Origin: Alphaproteobacteria bacterium
GTDB taxonomy: Bacteria; Pseudomonadota; Alphaproteobacteria; JAAXGF01
DNA: 64,000 nucleotides
Direction of reading: 5' to 3'
NCBI GenBank assembly: GCA_963555825.3
Contig: CAUVXB020000002.1
Coordinates: 2,816,001-2,880,000, forward strand
Numbering within the stretch: the stretch's first letter is position 1; each line of letters starts with the position of its first letter. This document shows positions 9,301-19,108 of the stretch, one piece after another. Under the pieces are notes generated by a model. It was given only the letters and a program-made list of their open reading frames with translations. It did not search any database and was not told the DNA's origin. Position numbers and translations under genes: made by a program.

Positions 9301-11849
9301 CTGCCTTCGGCTGGCGTCACGCCCAGACGGTGAGCACTTTCGTCGATGGCCGAAGAGAGGTTCTCGCGGAATATGACGATCTCCGCGAAAGGACCCGCAT
9401 TGAAGGCGATGCCGTGGCGCTCAGCGGAGCCTACCGCGAGACGCTCACCCGCCATGCCGTGTTGCAGAAACAGGCAGCGGCCTTTCGCGCCCGGCCGGAC
9501 GACTTCGCGTCCCTGCTGGCCGAGCGCGGCGGCATTGCCCGCAAGGACCTCGACGCCTTCGAGGAACTCCACGCTCGCGCGCGACGCCACCAGCGAGCGG
9601 CCACGATGCGGCACGTGCATCGGATAAAGAAGGAAGCGGAACAGGAGGCACAACAACCGAAACCCGAATTGCGGCAAGGGGAGCTGGCGCTGGAGGGCGG
9701 CCGCGCCGAAGCGCCCATGCGCGCCGATACGGTGACGCGGGACACGGCCGGGATGCTGTCTTCGGATCGTGACGCAACACCGGCCCGGCACGTTGACACC
9801 GTCCCGCCGGTCGAAGCCGAAGATTACCCCTGGGCACATGCCGCGGCCGCGCAGGAGGATGTGCCGCCGCCCAGGCTGGACCAGGATCCCCCCAAGCCGG
9901 ACTGGCATGCGCCTTACGAAGCATTGTGGCGGGACTGGAGCGAACTGATCGAACGCGTCCGGCAAGCCGGGGAGCCGTTATTCTACGCCAAGGGCTACAT
10001 GGACATGATCCCACGTATTCAGGCGCTGGCGGAGAACCCGGATATCGCGGCCGAGACACGGGCGCCGATGATTGAGGCATTCGAAAAATACCAACGGGAT
10101 CTCTCGGCGCGCCAATACGTCGAGGACTATCTTGACGCCGCCGAACGGCACATGGACACGCATGCTTCCCTCCAGCGCGTCGCCGATGGCCTCGGCGTTC
10201 GGATCGTTGAGGTATCGGATCACCTGGGCTGGAGGCAGGAAGCGGACCGTCTGACGGAAGCGGCCGAGGCCATCCTCGCGGACGGCGAGACGTATGGCGT
10301 CCATCTCGACAATATGGAAACCGGCAGGGTGCGCGTGGAACGGGAGCTATCACGGCGGAGCCACGTCATCCGGGACGACGGCGAATATGCCTCTCAACGT
10401 AAGACATCGGAACCGCACAGCGAACCTGCGGATACACGGGAGAAAGTCGAACAACCGGAGCCCGCGAAGCCGGCCTGGATGCCAGCTTACGAAGCCTTGC
10501 GGCAGGACTGGAACAGCCTCATCGAAGGCGCCCGGCAAGCCGGTATGCCGTCATTCTACGCCAAGGGCTACATCGACATCATCCCGCGCATCCGGGAATT
10601 GACGGAGAACCCGGATATCCCAGCCAAGTCACGGGCGCCCTTGATCCGGGTCCTTGAGAATCACCAGCGCTATCTCTCGACCCGCAAACATATCCTGGAC
10701 TATCCGGGCGAAGTGGAACGGCACATGGATGCCCGGGCCTCTCTTCAAGACGTTGCGGGTGATCAGGAAATCGAGGTGACCGGGGTTCTGGCCTACCCGG
10801 ACTGGCGGCAGGAGGCCGAGCGCCTGACGGCGGCGTGCGAGGCCATCCTCTCCGGCAAGAGAACCTATGGCGCCCATCTTGACAGGATCGTGGATGCCAA
10901 GATGCACATGATAAGAGCGCTCTCGGAGCTTCGCGAGGCGACCCGGGATGATGACAAGGAACTGGCCGAACGGGCTGCCCGAGAGCTCCGACGCCAGCGA
11001 TTCCTCCACATGGCCGGTCCCCGGTTCGCATCGGATGACGGCGCCGCGCCGGACCCGGCGCGGGCCATGTCTAGCGGCGCCGCGCCTGTGCGGGCGGCGC
11101 TCTCCCGCTTCGGCCGCACCATTGGCCATCTCGTCGGCGGGCAGGACTACCACGATCGGCTGCGGACCGCGACCTTCGCGCGGGAGGCTCTGGAGCGATC
11201 GGAGGAACTGAAGCGGGACTGGAACCGCCAGGTGGATCGCGCCGCGGAGGAGGGCGTCCATGTCATCTACACGGATGGCTACGACCGTCTGCACAAGGAG
11301 CTCGACACCATCGCCGGAGACATGCTTCTGGATCGTGGCGTAAAATCGGAGATAAGCGCCGTGCTCGCTCAGCTCGGCAAGGCAATGTCAAACCGCAACT
11401 ATTTCGACAACTGGCCCAAGCTCATGGCGGGTCAGATGGACCGCCGCGAAGCGCTGGCGGCCAAGGCGGCCGAGCGGGGCGTGGCGGTTCCCGACCATGA
11501 GGACTACGACACATGGCGGAACGTGACCGACTTTGCGGTGGGCCGTTGCGAAGGACTCATGGACGACCCGGTGAATTACGGCATCCACCTAGATTACATC
11601 GCACTCCGAGAAGAGAGCCTCGGCTCAGCGCTCACGCGGGTGCGCGACGTGCTTGAAGACGACGACCGGCACCTCGCGGCAACCCTGGCAGGACAACGCG
11701 CGGGTGAGAGCCTCCAGATGCGCGAGGAGCGCGTCGCCCGCCTCCTCGACGATCCGGAGAAGCTCCGGGAGTTGCGGCAACAGCGCGCCGAGCGCAAGGC
11801 CGAAAGGCAGCAGCAGAGCAAGGGCCGGTATTGGAGCATGCGAATCTAG
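6360..11849 (+). CDS. MOBF (TrwC/TraI-type) relaxase-helicase with long repeated C-terminal extension
   Basis: YY...YY catalytic tyrosines, DMTFSADKSVS, HGTSRDNDPQLHTH (3H motif), Walker A GAAGSGKTT, DEAGM, and HGYALTITSAQG. Confidence 0.93.
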   Translation: MVATLAQAASAAYYLESQRSFRHPNEYYTAGEEPDGVWFNPNGLFGLVDGGKVDSSDFHRLYHGFAPNGGGKLTRNAGSERRSAGLDMTFSADKSVSALWAIADPELRSKIEDAHNGAARVALEETVLRHCAYTRIRNRDGEIEVLPADIAAAMFQHGTSRDNDPQLHTHCVIFNAARTHRDGKYRALHQHPVYTWMKAAGAVYRNALSWRLQERLGIRMEQYGKDGEFTRIAGIPEDLIGHWSKRRAAIIEAAREMGFTVEGNAPRAAAANKITRAGKSSDNDPEIRHRRWRGEAEGYVEREVLIASLLGKSEEITQEQIRALTEVLEDLPYRLTREEAVFRLPDIVERVGNATAGLLNHDAVATSIERVLLSPEVVRLTRPPRSAEGRADMAHTRLYSTRHNLHMEQEVRNMAEGMAADTGHSLSPQAIGAKVAGLLKAGYPLSEEQIAAIRSVTSSEGRVAIIEGAAGSGKTTTLRPIADLYREHGQSIIATAVAWRTAVALGNDVDARPFCVDKLLRLAARGGIGINKDTTIIVDEAGMLSTRQAHHILQLSERHGAKIVFAGDTQQQQPVEAGPGLRLIRDAVGSVRVDRIRRQKADLEDILTHVQGETPERARLLASSMAEERRTRILTYYESMKGKLVFMPWQVAASEALRDGDAAAAIAAHHLRGRFHIGYDEEKTLTSLVDDWDRYQRANPGKSSVVLARTRSEVRALSHLMRERRFASLPDGERADMDRAHADRVTVIVSRGTEDQRTTSPLEIARGDRLRIGATHWEKQLFNGTVVTVEDFKIERGEAATEPSVLISARTEDGRAVSFHHDEIRDWYGNIRLDHGYALTITSAQGLTVDRTFLLADARPSRETIYPAATRHRERLDIYVNRAPLTLDIADRRVDRRADNDREVAVTDTEIRAYLAERWSRSQPKEAALDNMADGIWEDRREDVREDRSRSPGEAQGEAGDIRAAANDNALARIARDVRRTAFGWRHAQTVSTFVDGRREVLAEYDDLRERTRIEGDAVALSGAYRETLTRHAVLQKQAAAFRARPDDFASLLAERGGIARKDLDAFEELHARARRHQRAATMRHVHRIKKEAEQEAQQPKPELRQGELALEGGRAEAPMRADTVTRDTAGMLSSDRDATPARHVDTVPPVEAEDYPWAHAAAAQEDVPPPRLDQDPPKPDWHAPYEALWRDWSELIERVRQAGEPLFYAKGYMDMIPRIQALAENPDIAAETRAPMIEAFEKYQRDLSARQYVEDYLDAAERHMDTHASLQRVADGLGVRIVEVSDHLGWRQEADRLTEAAEAILADGETYGVHLDNMETGRVRVERELSRRSHVIRDDGEYASQRKTSEPHSEPADTREKVEQPEPAKPAWMPAYEALRQDWNSLIEGARQAGMPSFYAKGYIDIIPRIRELTENPDIPAKSRAPLIRVLENHQRYLSTRKHILDYPGEVERHMDARASLQDVAGDQEIEVTGVLAYPDWRQEAERLTAACEAILSGKRTYGAHLDRIVDAKMHMIRALSELREATRDDDKELAERAARELRRQRFLHMAGPRFASDDGAAPDPARAMSSGAAPVRAALSRFGRTIGHLVGGQDYHDRLRTATFAREALERSEELKRDWNRQVDRAAEEGVHVIYTDGYDRLHKELDTIAGDMLLDRGVKSEISAVLAQLGKAMSNRNYFDNWPKLMAGQMDRREALAAKAAERGVAVPDHEDYDTWRNVTDFAVGRCEGLMDDPVNYGIHLDYIALREESLGSALTRVRDVLEDDDRHLAATLAGQRAGESLQMREERVARLLDDPEKLRELRQQRAERKAERQQQSKGRYWSMRI

Positions 11850-12189
11850 TCCGGCCTGGTCGCGCTGGCGACGAGATCGCGATTGCGTCGTTCATCGGAC
11901 GAAGGGAGTCCCCGACACGACAAGACCAAGGTGCGTCGGGTGTGAGAACCAACCGCCGAAGGGCGTCCCCATCCCGCTTCCTGACCGGTCAAGTGCTCGT
12001 GCATTGAAAGCCGTTGTGCAACCGGCATTTAGCCCGAGCGGCGCTTGAGCGGCAGCGCCCGCCGCGCCACCTGTGGAAACAGTCCCCGAACCGCCGCGCG
12101 GCTTCCGAGCGGCACTAAAGATCCTATGGGGCGAAATGGAGACCGGCGCTACGGTGCCGTTCTTGTGAACCCTCATCAGGAGATAGAAA

Positions 12190-13380
12190 ATGCCAGCAAG
12201 AAACAAAATCACCGCCGTACCGACCGACGTAGAACATAGAACGCTGTAAGTCGCGATCGAGATCAGCCGGAAGAGCTGGGTGGTTGGGCTCAAGAGCCCG
12301 GCGGGTGAGCGTATCGGCCTTCACCCGCTTGGCGCCGCAGATGTCGAGGGCCTCAAGACTCTAATTGAGCATCACCGGGCCAAGGCCAAACGGGCACTCG
12401 GCCGTGAGATGCGTGTTCTGTGCTGCTACGAGGCCGGGTACGAGGGGTTCTGGCTGACGCGTTGGCTGGACCAGGCCATGTCTGTCGAGATGATCGTGTT
12501 GGATCCTGCGAGCCTCCTGGTGAACCGGAAGGCAAAGCAGCGGAAGACGGACCGGATCGACGCGAAGAAGATGGTCCGTGCATTGCTGGCACACGACCGG
12601 GGCGACGCTGCCGTGTTGAGCCGGGTGCGGGTGCCAAGTGTGGACGAGGAGGACCGCAAGCGCCTGCTTCGGGAGCGCCAGCGGCTGGTGAAGGAGCGGA
12701 CATCGCTGACGAACTCGATCAAGGCGCTCCTGAAGCTGCATGGCCTCTTCGACTTGGAGCCTCGCTCCAAAGGGTTCGGGGCGAAGTTCGCCGAAGTGAA
12801 GACCGCATATGGATCGTCATTCCCGCCGCGAGCCCGGCAGGAGATCCTGCGGCTTGCGGAGCGCTTGGCACTGGTGGAGCGGCAGATCGCGCAGGTCGAG
12901 GCCGAGCGCAACGCAGTTGCCCGCCAAGGCGCGGAGCTTTCGCCGATGGAGGTGTCCGAGAATAGCGAAGCGCAGGCGGCGGTAAAGATTGCGACGCTGA
13001 CCCGGTTGAAGGGGATCGGCGCGAACGACGCAACCCTGCTGACCCATGAAATCTTCTGCCGCGGGTTCCGCAACCGCCGGGAGCTCGCGAGCTGGGTCGG
13101 CATGACGCCAACCCCCTGGGCGAGCGGTGTCATGGAACGCGATCAGGGGATCGGCCGCGACGGTCCCGCCTGGATCCGGGCCCAGCTCATTCAAATGGCA
13201 TGGCGCTGGTTGCGCCATCAGCCCGAAAGTGCGCTTTGCAAGTGGTTTGAAGAGCGTACTGCAGGAGCCCGGGGACGGATCCGCCGGGTGATGATCGTGG
13301 CGCTCGCCCGCAAACTTCTCATCGCCCTCTGGCGCTTCTGTGAGACCGGTCTCGTGCCAACGGGTGCACGCTGCGCCTGA
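12190..13380 (+). pseudogene. IS110 recombinase with in-frame TAA at codon 20
   Basis: ATG 12190 gives MPARNKITAVPTDVEHRTL*VAIEISRKSW, in frame with the track ORF at 12280. CYEAG, KTDRID, WASG and ALARKL motifs are present. TAA 12247-12249 aligns with the Tyr in element B's AIYAALELSK. Confidence 0.88.
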
Positions 13381-13419
13381 TCGATACGGGATCTACTAAT
13401 CCAGTCCGGCTGGATGTGG

Positions 13420-13690
13420 CCGAGGCTGGGCCGGGTGGATGTGTGACCGTGTGCTTCCTTGGCTGAAAGATGCCGCACTATAGAGGGGTCCCATCCTCCG
13501 GAACGCCACGCCCGCAGCAAGCGGGATCAGGGTTAGGACCCGGCTCCAAGTCGGGTGACAACCGGATACAAGGTGGGTTCGGTGTTGATCGCCGGCCGAT
13601 GTGGAGAAGCGTTCCGCGCCTGGAACATTGAACAAAGAAAGGAGTGATCGTGACAATGCATGAACCGTAGAAAACCACCCTTGACTTGGA
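13420..13690 (+). ncRNA. Putative bridge/seek RNA of IS110 element A
   Basis: Shares scaffold blocks with element B's non-coding region. The variable segment GCACTATAGA (13475-13484) matches the left junction GCACTAAAGA (12112-12121) at 9/10. Boundaries are approximate. Confidence 0.72.
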
Positions 13691-13930
13691 ATAACCGTTC
13701 GGCCAAGCCGTGGCTGCCCGGATGCGCGGAGACAGCGAATGGCCGCTGTGGCAGGAAACCGTGCGGCTCGACACTCGGACCTCACCCGCTGGTCGGACGC
13801 CTCCACAGCGTGACAGAAGGGATACGGCCCGGTAATCCTTCCGACACGCCGTGACCGCCGCTCTGCCTCGAATCAGCGCGGACAGGCGCGCGCCGCATTC
13901 CGGCGCGTTTGTCGGTTGCCCCTCCGCCCC

Positions 13931-14428
13931 TTACTCGATCATGGAGAAAATGATCGCCGGTACCAACGGCTCGCCGGCCGGCTGAATCGCCTCGATGCAC
14001 ATATTGGCGTCGGGGTTGCTGGCCGACATCATCACTTCCAGCACGTCGCCCGCCTCCATGGGAACGATACCCTGCGAAATGATGACGTCCTTCGCCATGC
14101 TGCCTTCGTCCTGGCAGAGCTGCACGTTGGAGTTGGCGACATCCGTGCCGTTGACCCGCAGCCACAGGTCGAAGCAGCCGTAGGGCCCCCCGCCCTCGCG
14201 CCCGACTTGCGGCGCGGCGACGATCAGATAGGGCCCGGCCTCGCCGACGGTCACCTTGTTGTTCGCCAGCGTGATGCCGTTGGCGGCATCGACGATGTCC
14301 ATCTCCACCAGCTTGGGCGCCTTGCCCGGGCACTGGGTAACCGAAGAGGAGGCCTGCAAGTACTGGCCGGCGTGCGCAACGCTCACCGACGCGCCAAGAG
14401 CCGCCAATGTCATGACGAGTTTCTTCAT
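13931..14428 (-). CDS. Secreted protein, probable C1q/TNF-like beta-sandwich (BclA C-terminal-like)
   Basis: Signal peptide MKKLVMTLAALGASVSVAHA, motifs GPYLI..Q, LWLRVNG and AGDVLEV, and four Cys. Confidence 0.65.
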   Translation of the reverse strand: MKKLVMTLAALGASVSVAHAGQYLQASSSVTQCPGKAPKLVEMDIVDAANGITLANNKVTVGEAGPYLIVAAPQVGREGGGPYGCFDLWLRVNGTDVANSNVQLCQDEGSMAKDVIISQGIVPMEAGDVLEVMMSASNPDANMCIEAIQPAGEPLVPAIIFSMIE

Positions 14429-14592
14429 GAGTTCTCTACCTCGCTGTTTTGCCATTGCCGATACGATTCACCCGGTCCGGCCCGCCCGCGCCTTGGCAGG
14501 GATTGTGCCTGAGATTTCCCATTATGGACACCTTATCGGCGAGTTGATTATAACTCGGAACCGCTCGCATTGCAACTGGCTTGCGTCCTGCG

Positions 14593-15905
14593 TGTCGATA
14601 ACACGTGATATGGCCGGTCAATGTAACAAATGATCTGTCCGGCATTAGAACTCCTCCAGAAAGTGGCGGAGCTGATGCGCCGGACAGAGCAGTTACAGGG
14701 GTTGAGATTGATGAAGTTCGATGAGGTTTACGGACGCACCTACAGGGGTGAGTTGAGCCAGCTGGAGGCAGCCGAGATCCTGGGCATGTCCGAGCGCACG
14801 TTCCGACGCTGGCGCGATCGCTTTGAGGCCGAGGGCGCGGAGGGTCTTTACGACCGCCGCCTGGGTCGGGTTTCCGCGCGCCGCGCCGGGGTCGACGAGG
14901 TGGTGGCACTGTTGGATCTGTTCGATACCAGGTACCGGCATTTCACCGCCTGGCACTTCTGGGAGAAGCTGGTTGCAAAGCACGACGTCACGCGCAGTTA
15001 CAACTGGGTGCGGCTGACGCTCCAGGCGCACGGCCGGATCGCGCCGGCGCCGCGGCGCGGCGTGCACCGCCGCAAGCGGCCGCGCCGGCCGATGGTCGGC
15101 ATGATGTTGCACCAGGACGGCTCCGCGCACCAATGGGTGCCGGGTCAGTACTGGGACCTGATCGTGACCATGGACGATGCCACTTCGGAGATCTATTCCG
15201 CCTTCTTCGTCGCCGAGGAGGGCACCATGTCGAGCTTTGTGGCGCTGCTGGAGGTGGGGTCGGCCATGGGGCTGTTCTGCTCGCTTTATGCAGACCGGGC
15301 CTCGCACTATTGGCACACGCCGGAGGCCGGCGGCAAGGTCGACAAGGACAATCCAACCCAGGTCGGACGTGCCCTGCAGCAACTCGGTATTGAGCTGATC
15401 CCGGCCTATTCGCCGGAGGCCCGGGGCCGCTCGGAGCGCATGTTCGGCACCCTGCAGAAACGCCTGCCGCAGGAACTCGAGCTCGCCGGCATCACCGATA
15501 TGGCGGCCGCCAACCGGTTCCTGAAAGAGGACTTCCTGCCGGCCCACAATGCCCGCTTCGCCCGGCCGGCCGAGGACACAGGCTCCGCCTTCGTGCCGTT
15601 CGCCGGCAACCTGGCGGACATCCTCTGTGTGCAGGAGGACCGTGTGGTCGGCAATGACAACACGGTGCGCTACAAGAACTTGAGCCTGCAGATCCCGGCA
15701 GGCCGCCATCGCCACCACTACGTCAAGGCCAAAGTGAGTGTGCACGAATATCCCGACGGCGACCTTGCCGTCTTCCATGGCCAGCGCTGCCTGGCCCGCT
15801 ACAAGAAAGACGGCACGCCGATCGAAAGCAGCGAAAGGCGGGCCGCGTGATCCGCTTCGACGCGACCGGCCGGCGCTCTGCGGATAAGTGGACAGCTCGA
15901 CTGCG
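14593..15905 (+). mobile_element. ISNCY (IS1202-group) element, right end truncated
   Basis: TGT left end with repeated TGATMTGKCCGG boxes. The sequence is cut at 15905 by an IS256 IR fragment. Confidence 0.75.
14675..15850 (+). CDS. ISNCY/IS1202-type DDE transposase
   Basis: N-terminal HTH, LHQDGS, TMDDAT, LYADR and SPEARGRSER motifs. Confidence 0.9.
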   Translation: MRRTEQLQGLRLMKFDEVYGRTYRGELSQLEAAEILGMSERTFRRWRDRFEAEGAEGLYDRRLGRVSARRAGVDEVVALLDLFDTRYRHFTAWHFWEKLVAKHDVTRSYNWVRLTLQAHGRIAPAPRRGVHRRKRPRRPMVGMMLHQDGSAHQWVPGQYWDLIVTMDDATSEIYSAFFVAEEGTMSSFVALLEVGSAMGLFCSLYADRASHYWHTPEAGGKVDKDNPTQVGRALQQLGIELIPAYSPEARGRSERMFGTLQKRLPQELELAGITDMAAANRFLKEDFLPAHNARFARPAEDTGSAFVPFAGNLADILCVQEDRVVGNDNTVRYKNLSLQIPAGRHRHHYVKAKVSVHEYPDGDLAVFHGQRCLARYKKDGTPIESSERRAA

Positions 15906-15923
15906 GAGCTATTGTCAAAAGTT
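15906..15923 (-). repeat. Orphan outer 18 bp of an IS256 right IR
   Basis: GAGCTATTGTCAAAAGTT is identical to 16172-16189. Confidence 0.9.
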
Positions 15924-16171
15924 GACGGGGCGGTAAAAAGTTGTTGGCCGATGGCGTGCTTGTACAGGTCTTTGCGGTTCGGTGAAGAATATTTGCCTGT
16001 CTCCGCGTTGCTGGTGGATAAAACCTGATATTACCTACCCTTGGCTTCTCCTTGGCTTCGTTTTTTATGGTGCGATTGCCGCGCAGCGTCGGATATTGAG
16101 GCCGAGGGCACGCAGATTGACCACGTAGCGCATGGCCGGCATGCCGCGAATGCGTAGGTGAGCCAGGTTCA

Positions 16172-17546
16172 GAGCTATTGTCAAAAGTTGTGTATGGGCT
16201 GATCATGCGGCGGCGCGATCCTGGCGTTCTCCATCTACGAATTTGACGCCGCGAATGATCTCGGCGAGATGGTTCGATCCATCGAGTTTTCTCCATTTTC
16301 TCTGAGCGCACTGGCATAGTTTGAAGACCATGGCCATCGCCGTCTTGCGCGACAGGCAGCCCTTGGTCCGGTAGGTGCGCAGACGAACCGTGGCGAACGT
16401 GCTCTCGATGGGGTTGGTCGTGCGTACATGCTTCCAGTGCTCGGCGGGGAAGTCGTAGAACGTCAGCAGGACGTCGCGGTCCTTGGCCAGGCAGGCCGCG
16501 GCCTTGTCGTACTTCGGCCCGTAGGCTTCCAGGAAGAAGTCGAAGGCGCTCTCGGCATCCTTCCTGGTTTCGGCCATCCAGATGTCTTGCAGGCGCCCCT
16601 TGGCTTTCTTTTGCAGACCCTTGGGCAGCTTGTTCAAGACGTTGCCCGTCTTGTGAACCCAGCAGCGTTGCTCGCGGGCGCCTGGGTAGACTTGGCGGAG
16701 CGCCTTCCAGAAGCCGAGCGCGCCGTCGCCGAGCGCCAGTTGCGGACCCATTTCAAGGCCGCGCCGCTTGAGATCGAGCAGAACTTCGAGCCAGGACTGC
16801 TCACTTTCGCGATAGCCGTCGGCGATGGCGATCAGTTCCTTCTGTCCCTTGTCCGTGGCCCCGACGATCACCAGGATGCACTGCTTCTCTTCCTCCATGC
16901 GGGCGCTGAAATAGATGCCGTCCACCCAGAAATAGACGTAGCGCTTGGCCGTGAGGTCGCGCCGTTGCCAGCGCTCCGCCTCAACCCCCCAGACCTCTTT
17001 CAGCCGGGTGATCGTGGAGGCCGAAAGCCCCGGCGCGGAGCTCCCCAGGAGCGCCGCCAAGGCTTCCCCGAAGTCGCCGGTGGAAATGCCCTTCAGATAC
17101 AGCCATGGCAAAAGGTCTTCCAGGCTCTTGGCGCGGCGCAGATAGCGCGGCAGGATCGCCGACGTGAAGCGGATGGCGCCGTCCCCCCGGTCCCGCACAC
17201 GGGGTTGGCGCACGCTCACCGGGCCGATCCCGGTCTGGATGAAGCGTTCCGGCAGATATCCATTGCGGACAACCCGGCGGCGGCCGGCGGCGTCAACAAG
17301 CGCCGCATGGCTACCCAAAAACACGGAGACCTCGGCCTCAACGGCTTGGGCCAACAACTCGCGAGCTCCAGCTTGTAGGACTTCCGTCAACGGATCTTTC
17401 TGAAAATCAGATGGGTTTTGAAAAGCAACAACGGTATTCTCTTTCATGGCGTATCCTTCCTTGGCTTAGCTCAAGTGGTGACATCAACAATCACCAGGAT
17501 ACGCCGCCTTCATTTCAACGCCGTACACAAGATTCGGTTATAGCTC
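16172..17546 (-). mobile_element. IS256-family element, copy 1 (complete, 9-bp TSD)
   Basis: IRs GAGCTATTGTCAAAAGTTGTGTA / GAGCTATAACCGAATCTTGTGTA, with direct repeat CCAGGTTCA at 16163-16171 and 17547-17555. Confidence 0.96.
16203..17447 (-). CDS. IS256 (Mutator-type) transposase
   Basis: RNGY, FWVDG, GDGALG, QRCWVH and RTTNPIES motifs. Confidence 0.95.
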   Translation of the reverse strand: MKENTVVAFQNPSDFQKDPLTEVLQAGARELLAQAVEAEVSVFLGSHAALVDAAGRRRVVRNGYLPERFIQTGIGPVSVRQPRVRDRGDGAIRFTSAILPRYLRRAKSLEDLLPWLYLKGISTGDFGEALAALLGSSAPGLSASTITRLKEVWGVEAERWQRRDLTAKRYVYFWVDGIYFSARMEEEKQCILVIVGATDKGQKELIAIADGYRESEQSWLEVLLDLKRRGLEMGPQLALGDGALGFWKALRQVYPGAREQRCWVHKTGNVLNKLPKGLQKKAKGRLQDIWMAETRKDAESAFDFFLEAYGPKYDKAAACLAKDRDVLLTFYDFPAEHWKHVRTTNPIESTFATVRLRTYRTKGCLSRKTAMAMVFKLCQCAQRKWRKLDGSNHLAEIIRGVKFVDGERQDRAAA

Positions 17547-19108
17547 CCAGGTTCATCTGGTACTTTAATCGCGACATGGTCGCTTCTATGCCGGCCCGCC
17601 ATCTGTAGACGTTGCGGAAGGCATCGCTTTGTTCATAAAGCCGGCGCTTTTGGTTGGCAGCCCTGGCCGGGGTATATTGAAAGCGGGAAAATTGGCCGTC
17701 ACGCTTGGCCGCCTGCACGGGACATCGCAGTATATCGGGACATTTTTGGCAGATGGAGAGGTCGAAACGGGCCTGCAGCTTGGCTTTGGCGAGCGAGGCT
17801 GAAACCGGTTCGACGTTATTGGGACAGCGCAAGACCAAGCCTTCTTCGTTGAGAGTGAAATCCTCCAACGTCAACCGTCCCGAGACGGCGCCTTTCGGCG
17901 GTCGTGCGGGCGCCACGAGATTGATGTTCTGTTCGCGCGTCAGAGCCATGTTGTCACTGGAACCGTAATGTGAATCACCCAGCATCACCGCCGGCGTCAG
18001 CGCGCGCTCGCTCAGATCATCCAGCGCATCGGCTAAGCGATGGCCGTCATGCACCGTCATCTTGTGGACCTCCACGTGGGTGATGAGGTCCGGTGTCGCG
18101 GCAACCGCCTCGTTACTGACATCTTCACAATAGGTTTCGACGATCTGCGCCATGTATCCTTGACCCTTGTGCGCGTTGTAGCTCGCGTCCGGGTCGGCCG
18201 GATTGCCGACGGTATCGCACGGCACATCCTTTGGATCTCGAATCGCGGCGCGCGTTGCGTCACGATCGCCATACTCATCATCAACGATCTCGAACTGATC
18301 GCGCAGAACCCTCTCCAGGATCGCAAAACTGAAAAGCTTTGCCGCCGCCGTGTCACGGAATTGCAGCACCAGGGCTAGGAGATACTGACCCGCTTCGCCG
18401 AGGCGCCGTTTTGAAACACTCGGCGCCGTATTCGCGAACGCGCCATTACCCTCGCGATCGACATAGCGGCGGATCACCTCCTTGCTGATCTGCTCGTGCA
18501 GACCGGGATGATATCGCTCAAGCTCACGGGCAAACTTCGAGATGCTCTCAACAACGATACCAAGTCGTGTCAGCGCCCGCATTGCCGAACGAAGGGCCGT
18601 CGAATCCATGCGTTGGTGGCTGGTATCGACAGAGAACCCCTGCACCAGCCGATCCGTCAAACACCGGAACAGCAATTCATCGAGACCTTGTTCGATAAAC
18701 AGACGGCGATAGTTGCGCAGGGTTTTCTCACAGAAATAGCTGTCCGCTTCGCTGCGCACGTCCAAGGCATAGTGCCACGCCATATTGAAGGCCAGGGCCT
18801 CGACGGTCTCTGCATCGCTCAGATCGTGCAGCTGCTGCAAAAGCAAGACCCCGATGACAACGTGTAGATCCTTCGATGGTCGGCCCATGCGTTCATCAAG
18901 GTGACGGCAAAGATCGTCAACCGGAAGTTCGACAAGCAGATGGTTCCGAAAAACCCCGGCCCAGGATTGCTCCATCAGGCGCCGACGTTTGTCCCCGAAA
19001 TCGGACCAGCGATCAAACAATTCCCCAGTCCGTCGGTCGCGTAAAGTAAACATGCACAATTATAATCCAGCCGACTCTCATGAGGAATCGACTTTTTACC
19101 GCCCCGTC

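Larger units (their letters stand above)
12121..13690 (+). mobile_element. IS110-family (IS1111-type, 3' non-coding region) element A; right terminus apparently lost
   Basis: Left junction AAG|ATCCTATGGGGC parallels element B's AAG|ATGCTATGAGGC. Homology with element B's non-coding region ends just after CCACCCTTGAC (~13685). Confidence 0.85.
16065..19053 (-). pseudogene. IS1182/IS5-like DDE transposase split by IS256
   Basis: GRPS, WHYALD, QRMDST, DPDA, GDSHYG, CQKCP and YRWRAGIEAT motifs. The reading frame resumes left of IS256 as AHLRIRGMPAMRYVVNLRALGLNIRR...* ending at 16065. Confidence 0.88.
15924..19108 (-). mobile_element. IS1182-like element interrupted by IS256
   Basis: Perfect 18-bp terminal IR GACGGGGCGGTAAAAAGT (15924-15941 / 19091-19108) encloses the transposase gene. 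Confidence 0.88.

Noticed and set aside
14515-14545. Possible dif/Xer site next to the IS1202-group element
   Set aside because: Arm spacing and the XerD arm fit poorly, and it lies about 50 bp from the IS end.
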